This document shows positions 26,566-36,154 of a stretch of DNA of 58,481 bases, in pieces. Origin of the DNA: an uncultured Nitrospiraceae bacterium (GTDB lineage Bacteria > Nitrospirota > Thermodesulfovibrionia > Thermodesulfovibrionales > SM23-35); the NCBI GenBank assembly GCA_964404225.1, contig CAYOJI010000002.1:1-58481 (forward strand). The letters are read 5' to 3'. The number at the start of each line of letters is the position of its first letter. Position 1 is the first letter of the stretch. A program made the position numbers and the translations under genes. Under the pieces are notes generated by a model. That model saw nothing but the letters and a program-made list of their open reading frames with translations. It did no database searches and was not told the origin of the DNA.

Positions 26566-28620
26566 CTATTTTCGCAATTCTCCGCCTGTATGTTCGAGAA
26601 TATATTTTATGAGGGAGAGATGGATTCTTTCGACCTCTTCATCAGTAAGGGTTTTTTCTTTAGAGCGGTAAATAATATTTAATGCTACGCTTTTTTTGCC
26701 AGAAGGGATATTACTGCCTTTATAATAATCAAATATCGATACTTCTTCGATCAATTCGGTAGGATACGACGTTACCAACTCCTTAATTTTTATCGAAGGT
26801 ATATCCTCATCTACTACAATCGCCATATCACGTTCGATATAAGGATACTTAGGAATTGGTACATATTTAATCGATTCCGTAATAAAACCAAAAAGAACTT
26901 CAAGGTCTATTTCGAACAAAACGATTTCGGGCTTTTGTTTTTTCAAATCTAATCTTTCCACAACTTTTGGACTCAAGACCCCCAAATATCCTACAAAAGA
27001 CTCAGAAACATGAATATCCGCTGCCTTTCCCTCTTGTAAAAAAGGTTGGGTAGAATTTGAAAATTTATAATCCTTTATTTTCAAATCATCTAAGATAGAC
27101 TCGATAACCCCTTTAACTATAAAAAATTTCTCGGTATCGTCTTTCCACAAAGATGGGAATTTGTCTTTATAAAAGATGCCGCCAAGCTTTAATTTCTCTG
27201 CCGGTAAGATATTCCCTACATCTTCAAATACCAATGACACTTCGAATAATCTTATTTCTTTTATTCCTCTATCTATGTTGTATTTTAAATTTCCAATTAA
27301 TGAGGGTACCAAGGTTGTACGTAACATACAGTCCTCTGTAGTTAATGGATTACTTAATTTTATAGCCTTTCTCCTTTTATCAGAAAAGGGAACATCGAGC
27401 ATATCAAGGCTCGATAGACTCATGAAACTATAATTGATCGCTTCAGTAAATCCTGTTTTTTTGAGGGCTTCTTTTAAACACTTTATACTTTGGGTTCTTC
27501 TATCTAATCGTATCGAAGGAAGAGGGCTTCTTGGAATCGTTACAGGAATATTGTTATATCCATACAATCTCGCAATTTCTTCTGCAATATCATTTTCCAT
27601 TGCTATGTCTCGTCTGTGTGTAGGGGGATATATTATACATATATCATTTCTATCTTCAGCATAAATATCGAGACTTTTAAGGATTTCGAGAATATTCGAT
27701 TTAGGGATGCTTGTGCCCAAAATTTTATTTATTCTCTCAAACCTTATCTCGAGCGGTTTTATCTCATATCTTACAGGATATTCATCTATTATTTTGTGAA
27801 TAGTTCCGCCAACAACTTTTTTGATTAGAAGAGCTGCCCTGTTAAGAGCATTTACGAGGAATTCTATATCTGTACCTCTCTCAAATCTATAAGAAGATTC
27901 GGTTTTAAGGTTCAGAAATTTCGAAGTCTTTCTTATTGAAAATGGATCAAAATATGCGCTTTCAAGAAATATATTTTCTGTTTTTTCTGTTACCCCTGTA
28001 TTTAAACCACCCATTATACCTGCTACTGCTATTGGCCTTTTATCATCCCATATGAGTAAGGCTTCATCGTTTAATTTCCTCTCTATTCCATCGAGTGTTA
28101 TGATTTTATTATTGCTTCCTGCTATATCAATTCTTATTTTTCTTCCATTAATTTTATCTGCATCAAATGCATGAAGAGGATGTCCAAATTCTAAAAGCAC
28201 ATAGTTTGTGATATCAACAACATTATTTATGGGCCTGATACCGCATTTTTCTAATCTTGTCTTTATCCACTCTGGTGAATCTGAAATGACTACATTTGTT
28301 ACTAACCTTCCTGTATAACGATTACAAAGGTTGGGCTTTAAGATTTTGATTGAAAAATCTGATTTCGGTTGATTTTCATTAATCTCATGTTCAGGAATTT
28401 TTAAAGGTATTTTAAAAACTGCTGATAATTCTCTGGCTATGCCCAATATACTAAGGCAGTCAGGCCTGTTAGGGGTAACATTTATTTCGAATACAATATC
28501 GTCATTAATATGTTCTGTCCCCTCAACCTCAAACCCAATCATTGTGAGACTTTCTGCTACTTCCTTGGAGGTTACAGGGATATCAATAAACTCTTTCAAC
28601 CATTCATAAGGAACTCGCAT
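26566..28620 (-). CDS. pheT: Phenylalanyl-tRNA synthetase beta subunit, short form lacking the B2 OB-fold domain
   Basis: MRVPYEWLKEFI start, NVTPNRPDCLSILGIAREL, and the B3_4, B5 and FDX-ACB regions are recognisable. At 684 aa it is missing about 110 aa between the B1 start and TPNRPDC. Confidence 0.95.
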   Translation of the reverse strand: MRVPYEWLKEFIDIPVTSKEVAESLTMIGFEVEGTEHINDDIVFEINVTPNRPDCLSILGIARELSAVFKIPLKIPEHEINENQPKSDFSIKILKPNLCNRYTGRLVTNVVISDSPEWIKTRLEKCGIRPINNVVDITNYVLLEFGHPLHAFDADKINGRKIRIDIAGSNNKIITLDGIERKLNDEALLIWDDKRPIAVAGIMGGLNTGVTEKTENIFLESAYFDPFSIRKTSKFLNLKTESSYRFERGTDIEFLVNALNRAALLIKKVVGGTIHKIIDEYPVRYEIKPLEIRFERINKILGTSIPKSNILEILKSLDIYAEDRNDICIIYPPTHRRDIAMENDIAEEIARLYGYNNIPVTIPRSPLPSIRLDRRTQSIKCLKEALKKTGFTEAINYSFMSLSSLDMLDVPFSDKRRKAIKLSNPLTTEDCMLRTTLVPSLIGNLKYNIDRGIKEIRLFEVSLVFEDVGNILPAEKLKLGGIFYKDKFPSLWKDDTEKFFIVKGVIESILDDLKIKDYKFSNSTQPFLQEGKAADIHVSESFVGYLGVLSPKVVERLDLKKQKPEIVLFEIDLEVLFGFITESIKYVPIPKYPYIERDMAIVVDEDIPSIKIKELVTSYPTELIEEVSIFDYYKGSNIPSGKKSVALNIIYRSKEKTLTDEEVERIHLSLIKYILEHTGGELRK

Positions 28621-28687
28621 GGTGTTTATTATATATTCAGGTAGAAAAGATTGACAAGGGTAGGTGTTATTATAATTTTTAGTTTAA

Positions 28688-29701
28688 TCAAAACTGTTTC
28701 AAGAATCTTATATCATTTTCAAAGAATAGTCTTATGTCATCTATAGAATATTTGAGCATTGCTATTCGTTCTACTCCCATACCAAAGGCAAACCCCGAGT
28801 ATAGATTAATATCATAATTTACCATTTCGAAAACCTTTGGATTTATCATACCGGCTCCAAGTATCTCAAGCCATCCTGTATTCTTGCAGACTCTGCACCC
28901 CTTCCCTGCGCAAAATATACAACAGATATCTACTTCGGCACTCGGCTCAGTAAATGGGAAAAAGCTTGGTCTGAACCTCACGCGTGTTTCTGTACCAAAT
29001 ATACTGTGTATAAATGATTCAAGTACCCCCTTGAGATCACTAAAAGCGATATCTGTATCAACCATAAATCCCTCTACTTGATGAAACATAGGGGTGTGCG
29101 AGATATCTGCATCACATCGATAAACCTTTCCGGGTGCGATAACCTTTAAGGGTGGTTTTTTCTTCTCCATTACCCTTATCTGAACAGGTGAAGTATGCGT
29201 TCTTAAAACAACTTCATCAGAAATATAAAAAGTATCCTGCATATCCCTTGCAGGATGATCCTTAGGTATATTTAATGCCTCAAAATTATAATAATCGAGT
29301 TCTACTTCCGGACCTTCTTCTACCTCGAACCCCATAGAAACAAATATATCCGTTATCTCTGAAAGTATTTTATTTATAGGATGATCTCTTCCAAATGGTG
29401 TATATTTTCCGGGAAGAGTTATATCAAGGGCTTCAGAAAGGATTCTTTTCCTATGTTCTTCTTGTTTAAGGAGGGATTCTATCTTCTTTATCTCATCTTC
29501 AATGTAAACTTTAATTTCGTTTAATGTCTTACCAAAAGCAGGCCGCACTTCAGGAGAAATCGAAGGAAGATTCTTAAGTTTTAGGGTTACAAGACCCTTC
29601 TTCCCAAGATATTTTACTCTTAGCTGTTGGAGATCAGAAATTGTTTTAACCGATTTTTTATCTTCAAGAAATAAATTTTTAAGTGAAAGAATCTCTTCCA
29701 C
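28688..29701 (-). CDS. pheS: Phenylalanyl-tRNA synthetase alpha subunit
   Basis: Class II motifs: HPARDMQDTFY, FRPSFFPFTEPS, GFAFGMGVERIAM. Confidence 0.95.
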   Translation of the reverse strand: MEEILSLKNLFLEDKKSVKTISDLQQLRVKYLGKKGLVTLKLKNLPSISPEVRPAFGKTLNEIKVYIEDEIKKIESLLKQEEHRKRILSEALDITLPGKYTPFGRDHPINKILSEITDIFVSMGFEVEEGPEVELDYYNFEALNIPKDHPARDMQDTFYISDEVVLRTHTSPVQIRVMEKKKPPLKVIAPGKVYRCDADISHTPMFHQVEGFMVDTDIAFSDLKGVLESFIHSIFGTETRVRFRPSFFPFTEPSAEVDICCIFCAGKGCRVCKNTGWLEILGAGMINPKVFEMVNYDINLYSGFAFGMGVERIAMLKYSIDDIRLFFENDIRFLKQF

Positions 29702-29703
29702 TT

Positions 29704-30051
29704 TTAACTTTTTATTTTTTCAACAAGTTGATTGAAAGCGGAAGGGTCATTGTAAGCGATGTCAGCAAGGGCCTTTCTATTTAATTGTATATTCGCCTTT
29801 TTTAATTTCGACATCAACTGACTGTAAGTCAATCCAAGAGCCCTGGCAGCAGCATTTATCCTTACAATCCAAAGAGATCTGAATTCACGTTTTTTTGCTC
29901 TCCTGTCTCTATAAGCATATCTTAATGCCTTGTCAACGGCTTCGGTAGCAATTCTATAAAGTCTACTTTTAGCTCCATAGTAACCCTTCGCCCTTTGTAA
30001 GACTACCTTCCTCCTTCTTCTTGTTTTATATCCACCTTTTGCCCTTGGCAT
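29704..30051 (-). CDS. rplT: 50S ribosomal protein L20
   Basis: [15 protein letters not shown]... Confidence 0.95.
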   Translation of the reverse strand: MPRAKGGYKTRRRRKVVLQRAKGYYGAKSRLYRIATEAVDKALRYAYRDRRAKKREFRSLWIVRINAAARALGLTYSQLMSKLKKANIQLNRKALADIAYNDPSAFNQLVEKIKS

Positions 30052-30095
30052 TATTCCTCCTCAATTAAAGACATTATAAAAATTAAGAAAAGTTG

Positions 30096-30293
30096 TTATA
30101 GATACGGTATAAGTTTTTTAATTTTATCATATTCCCTATCTGAAATTAAAGCAGATTTTCTGAGCCTTCTTGTCCTCTTAGATGATTTTCCCGTTAGAAG
30201 ATGACTCTTATTACTTCTCCATCTTTTAATCTTTCCTGTTCCAGTAATTTTAAATCTTTTTGCAGCTCCTCTATGTGTTTTAATTTTTGGCAT
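30096..30293 (-). CDS. rpmI: 50S ribosomal protein L35
   Basis: [19 protein letters not shown]. Confidence 0.95.
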   Translation of the reverse strand: MPKIKTHRGAAKRFKITGTGKIKRWRSNKSHLLTGKSSKRTRRLRKSALISDREYDKIKKLIPYL

Positions 30294-30309
30294 CTTTAAC
30301 CTCCGAGTA

Positions 30310-30804
30310 TTATTTAGGTGTAACTATCATGGTGATATGATTGCCTTCAAGCTTTGGTGCCTGTTCAATATTGAACTTGCCTGTAAGCAATTCGGTTAAT
30401 TTCCCAAATACTTTCATACCGAGTTCTGGCCTGATTACCTCTCTTCCCCTGAAGAACATTGTGATTTTGGCCTTATTGCCTTCATCTAAAAATCGTCTTA
30501 TATTCTTTGCTTTTAGATTAAGATCATATTCAGTTATTTGGGGTCTTATTTTAATCTCTTTAATCCCCATCGTCTTTTTTGGAGCCTGTTTTTTACTAAG
30601 TTGGTATCTATATTTACCGAAATCCAATATCTTACATACGGGAGGGTCAACATGAGGCGCAACCTCGACTAAATCCAACCCTCTATTACGTGCGTGAGTT
30701 AAAGCTTCATTTATAGGCATAATACCAAGCTGTTCTCCATTAATATCAATGAGTCTTACTTCTTTTGCTTTAATTTGCTCGTTAACTCTTATATTTTTTG
30801 GTAT
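30310..30804 (-). CDS. infC: Translation initiation factor IF-3, with a non-AUG (ATA) start
   Basis: The frame stays open upstream of the track ATG and reads (I)[28 protein letters not shown]..., the conserved IF-3 N-terminus. A GGAGGTG SD lies 5 nt before the ATA at 30804-30802. Confidence 0.9.
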   Translation of the reverse strand: MPKNIRVNEQIKAKEVRLIDINGEQLGIMPINEALTHARNRGLDLVEVAPHVDPPVCKILDFGKYRYQLSKKQAPKKTMGIKEIKIRPQITEYDLNLKAKNIRRFLDEGNKAKITMFFRGREVIRPELGMKVFGKLTELLTGKFNIEQAPKLEGNHITMIVTPK

Positions 30805-30821
30805 GCTCTCACCTCCTGTTT

Positions 30822-32570
30822 TTATAAACTTAGTTCTTTTTTCTTTATTTTTTCCCTCAATAAATTTATAAAGTCCTCTACTTTTGTATCCATATTTTCA
30901 CCAGTTCTTTTCCTTACAGTTATTTTTTCTTCTGCTATTTCTTTGTCGCCTATTATAATCAAATAAGGCACTTTCATTACAGTGGCATTTCTAATTTTAT
31001 ACCCAATCTTTTCATTTTCGAGATCTGATTCAGCTCTTATTCCTTCAGATACTAATTTATTGGTTAACTTTATAGCATAATCATTGTGCCTATCTGCAAT
31101 CGTGAGTACTTTAACTTGTAAGGGTGCAAGCCAAACAGGGAATGCTCCGGCATAATGTTCTACTAATATACCAAAAAATCTTTCTAAAGAACCCATGAGT
31201 GCCCTATGTATCATTATAGGTCTATGATCTTTACCATCGCTACCCCTGTATGTCATATCGAATCTTTCAGGATTGTTAAAATCAACTTGAATTGTACTGC
31301 ATTGCCATGGTCTGTTAAGGACATCTTTAACCTTGATGTCTATTTTAGGACCGTAAAATACTCCTTCGCCGGGATCAATACTATAAGAAAGCCTCTTATG
31401 TTCAAGTGCATTTTTAAGCGCTTTTGTTGATCTTTCCCAGTTTTCAAGAGTTCCAACATAATGCTCAGGTCTTGTTGAGAGATATATATCATATTGTTCA
31501 AACCCAAATGTTTTAAGAATGAATAGCGTAAAGTCAAGGACATTAAGTATTTCACTTTCTATTTGATCTTCTCTGCAGAATATATGTGCATCATCTTGAG
31601 TAAAGCCTCTAACACGAAGAAGGCCGTGTAAAACCCCTGAGCGTTCGTATCTATAGACGGTTCCAAGTTCTGCATATTTTATGGGTAATTCTTTATAGCT
31701 CCTTAGAGAACTTTTATATACATGTATATGGAAAGGGCAGTTCATGGGCTTGATTTCGTAATCTACTCCTTCTATCTCCATAGGAGAATACATATTCTCC
31801 TTATAGAAATCCAGATGACCACTTTTTTTCCATAAATCGAGTTTTGCTATGTGTGGGGTATAAAGAATTTTATATCCAGCCTTATAATGTTCAGAAAGCC
31901 AGAATTCTTCAATAGTTCTTCTTATTAATGCGCCATTTGGATGCCAAATAACAAGCCCTGCCCCTATCTCTTCTCCAATGCTATACAGATCGAGCTCCTT
32001 TCCTAACTTTCTATGATCCCTTTTTTTAACTTCTTCGAGAAAATCAAGATATTTTTTTAAATCTTCTTCATTCAAAAACGCAGTTCCATAAATTCTTTGA
32101 AGCATCTTGTTTTTTTCATTTCCACGCCAGTAAGCTCCAGCTATACTTAATAATTTGAAGGTCTTGACTTGACCTGTAGAGTCGATATGCGGGCCTCTAC
32201 ATAAATCTATAAAATCTCCCTCTTGATAAAGGGATACAATATCATCCTTTATTTCTTGGAGCAATTCGACTTTATAATCTTCGCCCTTTTCTTTAAATAG
32301 TCTTATGGCTTCTTCTCTTGGTAAGAGTTTTTGTATAAATGGATTATTTTTTTTTATAATTTCTGTCATTTTTTTTTCTATTAAAGAAAGATCTTCTGGT
32401 GTGAAGGTTTTTTCTATGTCAAAATCATAATAAAACCCATCTTCCGTCGCGGGACCAATTGCAAGCTTACATTGAGGAAACAAATCTTTTACAGCGTGTG
32501 CCATTATATGTGATACGCTGTGTCTATAAACTTCTCTGTCCTTTGGGGAATTAAAATCTATAACCTTAAT
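30822..32570 (-). CDS. thrS: Threonyl-tRNA synthetase lacking the N-terminal TGS domain; probable ATT start
   Basis: The frame is open upstream of the track ATG (32504) to a TAA at 32585-83 and encodes ...[32 protein letters not shown], the editing-domain HxxxH motif. An AAGGAGG SD lies 6 nt before the in-frame ATT at 32570. Confidence 0.85.
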   Translation of the reverse strand: MKVIDFNSPKDREVYRHSVSHIMAHAVKDLFPQCKLAIGPATEDGFYYDFDIEKTFTPEDLSLIEKKMTEIIKKNNPFIQKLLPREEAIRLFKEKGEDYKVELLQEIKDDIVSLYQEGDFIDLCRGPHIDSTGQVKTFKLLSIAGAYWRGNEKNKMLQRIYGTAFLNEEDLKKYLDFLEEVKKRDHRKLGKELDLYSIGEEIGAGLVIWHPNGALIRRTIEEFWLSEHYKAGYKILYTPHIAKLDLWKKSGHLDFYKENMYSPMEIEGVDYEIKPMNCPFHIHVYKSSLRSYKELPIKYAELGTVYRYERSGVLHGLLRVRGFTQDDAHIFCREDQIESEILNVLDFTLFILKTFGFEQYDIYLSTRPEHYVGTLENWERSTKALKNALEHKRLSYSIDPGEGVFYGPKIDIKVKDVLNRPWQCSTIQVDFNNPERFDMTYRGSDGKDHRPIMIHRALMGSLERFFGILVEHYAGAFPVWLAPLQVKVLTIADRHNDYAIKLTNKLVSEGIRAESDLENEKIGYKIRNATVMKVPYLIIIGDKEIAEEKITVRKRTGENMDTKVEDFINLLREKIKKKELSL

Positions 32571-32710
32571 CCAAAGCCTCCTTTAAGATTGTATAAATCA
32601 GATTGAATTTATAATACACAATTTATCGTGAGATTTCAAAATTATTCATTATAAGAGGATAGGAATTTATGAATTATGAATAAAGTAGGCTGAATGTTTT
32701 ATAATATTTT

Positions 32711-33235
32711 ATGGGAATATTTGAGATAAAAAAATATCCTGATAAGATTTTGAAGGAGAAAGCTGTACCTATTGATAATATAGATGGCCAAATCCAGCTT
32801 TTAATCGAAAATATGATAGAGACGATGCACTTTGCTAAAGGGATAGGATTAGCCGCCAATCAGATAGGTGTGTTAAAAAGACTATGCGTGATAGATATAA
32901 CATCAAGAGATGAAAAGGGGTCACTTATAGTTCTAATAAATCCACTTATTTTGGGGAAAGAAGGTGTTATTGAAAGCGAAGAAGGATGCCTGAGTATCCC
33001 AGGCTACACGACGACTATAAAAAGAGCGGAAAAGGTCTATGTTAAAGGTCTTGACAGAGAAGGCAAGGATTTGGAGATCGAAGGCACAGGCCTTCTTGCC
33101 AGGGCTCTACAGCATGAGATAGATCATCTCGATGGACTACTTTTTATCGATCGAATGAGCCCCATCAAACGCGAGTTTTTCAAGAGAAGATATAAAAAGT
33201 TTTTAAATACACTGAATGAGTCAATAAAATCTTGA
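32711..33235 (+). CDS. def: Peptide deformylase
   Basis: GIGLAANQIG, EGCLSIPG and HEIDHLDG motifs. Confidence 0.95.
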   Translation: MGIFEIKKYPDKILKEKAVPIDNIDGQIQLLIENMIETMHFAKGIGLAANQIGVLKRLCVIDITSRDEKGSLIVLINPLILGKEGVIESEEGCLSIPGYTTTIKRAEKVYVKGLDREGKDLEIEGTGLLARALQHEIDHLDGLLFIDRMSPIKREFFKRRYKKFLNTLNESIKS

Positions 33236-33266
33236 ATTCTTAGTTCTTGAATTAATCCTTTAAGAA

Positions 33267-34190
33267 ATGCGAATAATATTTTTTGGAACCCCTGAATTTG
33301 CGATTCCTTCACTAAATGCGCTACTTTTATCAGGGGAGGATATAGTAGCAGTTGTTACACAGCCAGACAAAAGAAAAGGAAGGGGACATATCTTTACTCC
33401 ACCGCCTGTGAAAAAGTTTGCTATTAAGAGAGGGATAGAGGTATTTCAGCCTACAAATATAAAGGAAGATACATTTATAAGTAAAATTTTCGATTTAAAG
33501 CCAGATCTAATAGTTGTTGCTGCCTATGGAAAGATATTACCCCCTGATATTCTTAAGATTCCTGTACATGGATGTATAAATGTTCACGCTTCACTTCTTC
33601 CAAAATACAGGGGGGCGGCTCCGATCCAATGGGCTATAATTAACGGTGAAAAGAAGACAGGTATTACAATTATGATGATGGATGAAGGACTGGATACAGG
33701 CGATATTCTTCTTCAAGAAGAGGCAGAAATATTAGAAGACGATAACGCGGAAACATTAGGCAAGAAATTATCAGAATTAGGTGCTTCTTTGTTAATAAAA
33801 GCTATTAAAAAGATAAAAGAAGGTTCTATAGAAAGGTTACCTCAAGTTGGAATCCCGAGCTATGCACCTCCCCTTAAGAAAGAAAATGGGCTGATCGACT
33901 GGTCAAAGTCTGCAAGTGAGATATTTAACTTTGTGCGGGGTATGTATCCATGGCCATGTGCATATTGTTATTTAAATAAAGAAAGAATTAAAATTATTAA
34001 GGTTAAGGTAATAGAAGGTATGGGTACCCCGGGCAGGATTGAAAGATTAGGTGGAGACTTTATTGTAGGAACAGGAAGAGGCCTTATATCAATTATTGAA
34101 CTTCAACCTGAAGGGAAAAAAATTATGGCTGCCAAAGATTTCCTCCGAGGAAGACGATTAGAAGAAGGCACCTTTTTTAATGAGAAGTAG
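33267..34190 (+). CDS. fmt: Methionyl-tRNA formyltransferase
   Basis: MRIIFFGTPEFA and HASLLPKYRGAAPIQWAI motifs. Follows def. Confidence 0.95.
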   Translation: MRIIFFGTPEFAIPSLNALLLSGEDIVAVVTQPDKRKGRGHIFTPPPVKKFAIKRGIEVFQPTNIKEDTFISKIFDLKPDLIVVAAYGKILPPDILKIPVHGCINVHASLLPKYRGAAPIQWAIINGEKKTGITIMMMDEGLDTGDILLQEEAEILEDDNAETLGKKLSELGASLLIKAIKKIKEGSIERLPQVGIPSYAPPLKKENGLIDWSKSASEIFNFVRGMYPWPCAYCYLNKERIKIIKVKVIEGMGTPGRIERLGGDFIVGTGRGLISIIELQPEGKKIMAAKDFLRGRRLEEGTFFNEK

Positions 34191-34707
34191 ATGGATGCGA
34201 TGTTTTGTTTTGAAAATTTTATATCCTATCTTGATGCTGGTTGCGTCTTTTTTGAAAAACAAAAAAGAAAGATTTCAGAAATTCATTATTGCTCTTAACA
34301 ATAAACTCGTTATCAAAGAAAAAATTAATCCTGAGAAGGTCCTTTTATTATTACCTCATTGTCTCCAGATTAAAGATTGTGATGTCAGATTAACATATAA
34401 TATCTATAATTGTAAGAGATGCGGAAAATGCGAGATAAAGGATCTGATAAACATTGCTGAAGAAAATAAATTATCGCTATTTATTGCTACAGGAGGTTCA
34501 CTTGCAAGGAGGATAATAAATGATGTAAAACCTGATGTAGTAGTTGCTGTTGCTTGCGAAAACGATTTGAGCAATGGAATAGCTGATATTTATCCAATTC
34601 CTGTGTGGGGGATACCGAATATAAGACCATTTGGTCCGTGTATGAATACCCTTGTTGATTTAAATGAAGTAAAAAAAGCAATAGAGTTTTTCGGCGGTGT
34701 TCATTAA
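34180..34707 (+). CDS. DUF116-family Cys-rich membrane-associated protein
   Basis: LLLPHCLQ...C.....C.RCGKC pattern and a position after fmt, as I recall for DUF116. Confidence 0.65.
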   Translation: MRSRWMRCFVLKILYPILMLVASFLKNKKERFQKFIIALNNKLVIKEKINPEKVLLLLPHCLQIKDCDVRLTYNIYNCKRCGKCEIKDLINIAEENKLSLFIATGGSLARRIINDVKPDVVVAVACENDLSNGIADIYPIPVWGIPNIRPFGPCMNTLVDLNEVKKAIEFFGGVH

Positions 34708-35425
34708 AATATACACCACATTCGGAGGAACTTTGCACAAAGAAATTAATAGAGTCATAAAGATATTTGTTTATACTATAGTTTTTATATCATTAGGTGT
34801 ATTGTTTGGCTATCTTACTTTTAAAATATTAAGTTTCAGTAGAAGTGTAGAGGTTCCAGATTTGCAAGGAAAGAGTCTATTGGAATCTAATAAACTTTTG
34901 ACGAGTAAAGGATTGTATCTTAAAATTGAAGGCGAAGATTATGATAACATTGTGCCACAGGGACATGTAATAAGACAGGATATCCCACCAGGGCAAAAGG
35001 TTAAAGAGAAGAGAGGAATAAAGGTGATAATTAGTAAAGGTCCACGGGTTAAATCAATCCCGATGCTTGTTAATGAGACACTTTTTGATGCGGAATTTTT
35101 ATTACTTCAAAAGGGATTAAAGATTTCAAAAGTTATTTATTTACATTCTGACACAATAGAGAAAGATAGAATAATAGCCCAATCCCCAGCACCAAATGAA
35201 CAGATTAGCGATTATATTACTGTTTTGGTAAGCCTTGGTCCTTATGAAAGGATTTATTATTGTCCTGATTTTAGGAATATGTCTTTAGAAAAATCACAAG
35301 AGATTATAAAGAGTTTAAATTTAAACCTCGAGTTGCAAGGAGAAGGTGAATTTGTAGAAACGCAAAGGCCTGAACCTGGTACGATTATCAGAACCGGTGA
35401 AACAATTCGCCTAAAATTGTATTAA
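34697..35425 (+). CDS. Stand-alone membrane-anchored PASTA-repeat protein with no kinase or PBP domain
   Basis: One TM (IFVYTIVFISLGVLFGYLTF) followed by three PASTA-like repeats (VEVPDLQGKS...; VKSIPMLVNET...; YYCPDFRNMS...). Confidence 0.8.
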   Translation: MFIKIYTTFGGTLHKEINRVIKIFVYTIVFISLGVLFGYLTFKILSFSRSVEVPDLQGKSLLESNKLLTSKGLYLKIEGEDYDNIVPQGHVIRQDIPPGQKVKEKRGIKVIISKGPRVKSIPMLVNETLFDAEFLLLQKGLKISKVIYLHSDTIEKDRIIAQSPAPNEQISDYITVLVSLGPYERIYYCPDFRNMSLEKSQEIIKSLNLNLELQGEGEFVETQRPEPGTIIRTGETIRLKLY

Positions 35426-35494
35426 CTGAAAATATTAGTTTAAATCAATTTTTTATTGTAATTTAGTAGCCGTTAAGTATATTCTTTAATTCTA

Positions 35495-36154
35495 ATGGTT
35501 AAAATAGCACCTTCAATACTTTCAGCAGATTTTTTAAGATTAGGTGATGAAATTAAAGCTGCAGAATCAGCCGGTGCTGATATGATACATATTGATATAA
35601 TGGATGGGCGTTTTGTTCCTAACATTACCATAGGTTCATTTATTGTAGAATCTATTCGTAAAATTACTAAACTACCTCTGGATGTCCATCTGATGATAGA
35701 AGAACCTGAAAGATATCTACAGGATTTTATAAAGGCTGGTGCGGATTTTTTAACTGTTCATTATGAAGCATCTACACATCTCCACAGGACTATACAGTGC
35801 ATTAAAAAAGCGAACATAAAAGCAGGTGTTTCTATTAACCCCGCAACGCCTGTATGGTGCCTTGAAAGTATTTTATATGATGTAGACTTAGTTTTACTTA
35901 TGTCAGTAAATCCAGGGTTTGGAGGACAGGAATTTATTCCTCATACACTTGAAAAGATAAAGAAATTAAAAAGGCTCATAAATGAAAAAGCGATTTCTGT
36001 ACTTATCGAAGTAGATGGTGGTATAAAGCCAGATAATGCTAAAACGGTTGCTTCTGCTGGGGCAGATATAATTGTTATGGGCTCTGCTTTTTTTAATTCC
36101 GAAGATTATGGAAAGATCATCAAGCGGATCAAAAAGTTTATCAAAAATAGATAA
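35495..36154 (+). CDS. rpe: Ribulose-phosphate 3-epimerase
   Basis: IAPSILSADF, HIDIMDG.FVPN and VDGGI motifs. Confidence 0.95.
   Translation: MVKIAPSILSADFLRLGDEIKAAESAGADMIHIDIMDGRFVPNITIGSFIVESIRKITKLPLDVHLMIEEPERYLQDFIKAGADFLTVHYEASTHLHRTIQCIKKANIKAGVSINPATPVWCLESILYDVDLVLLMSVNPGFGGQEFIPHTLEKIKKLKRLINEKAISVLIEVDGGIKPDNAKTVASAGADIIVMGSAFFNSEDYGKIIKRIKKFIKNR

Noticed and set aside
28645-28680. An internal promoter (TTGACA...TATAAT) in the pheS-pheT spacer.
   Set aside because: The hexamers are on the plus strand while the genes are on the minus strand, and the spacer between hexamers is only about 14 nt.
36072-36154. Genuine 83-nt overlap of the TPR gene with the 3' end of rpe.
   Set aside because: It is more likely an artefact of taking the longest ORF. 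The overlapping N-terminal residues (MLWALLFLIPKI...) do not look like part of a TPR protein, so the true start is probably downstream.
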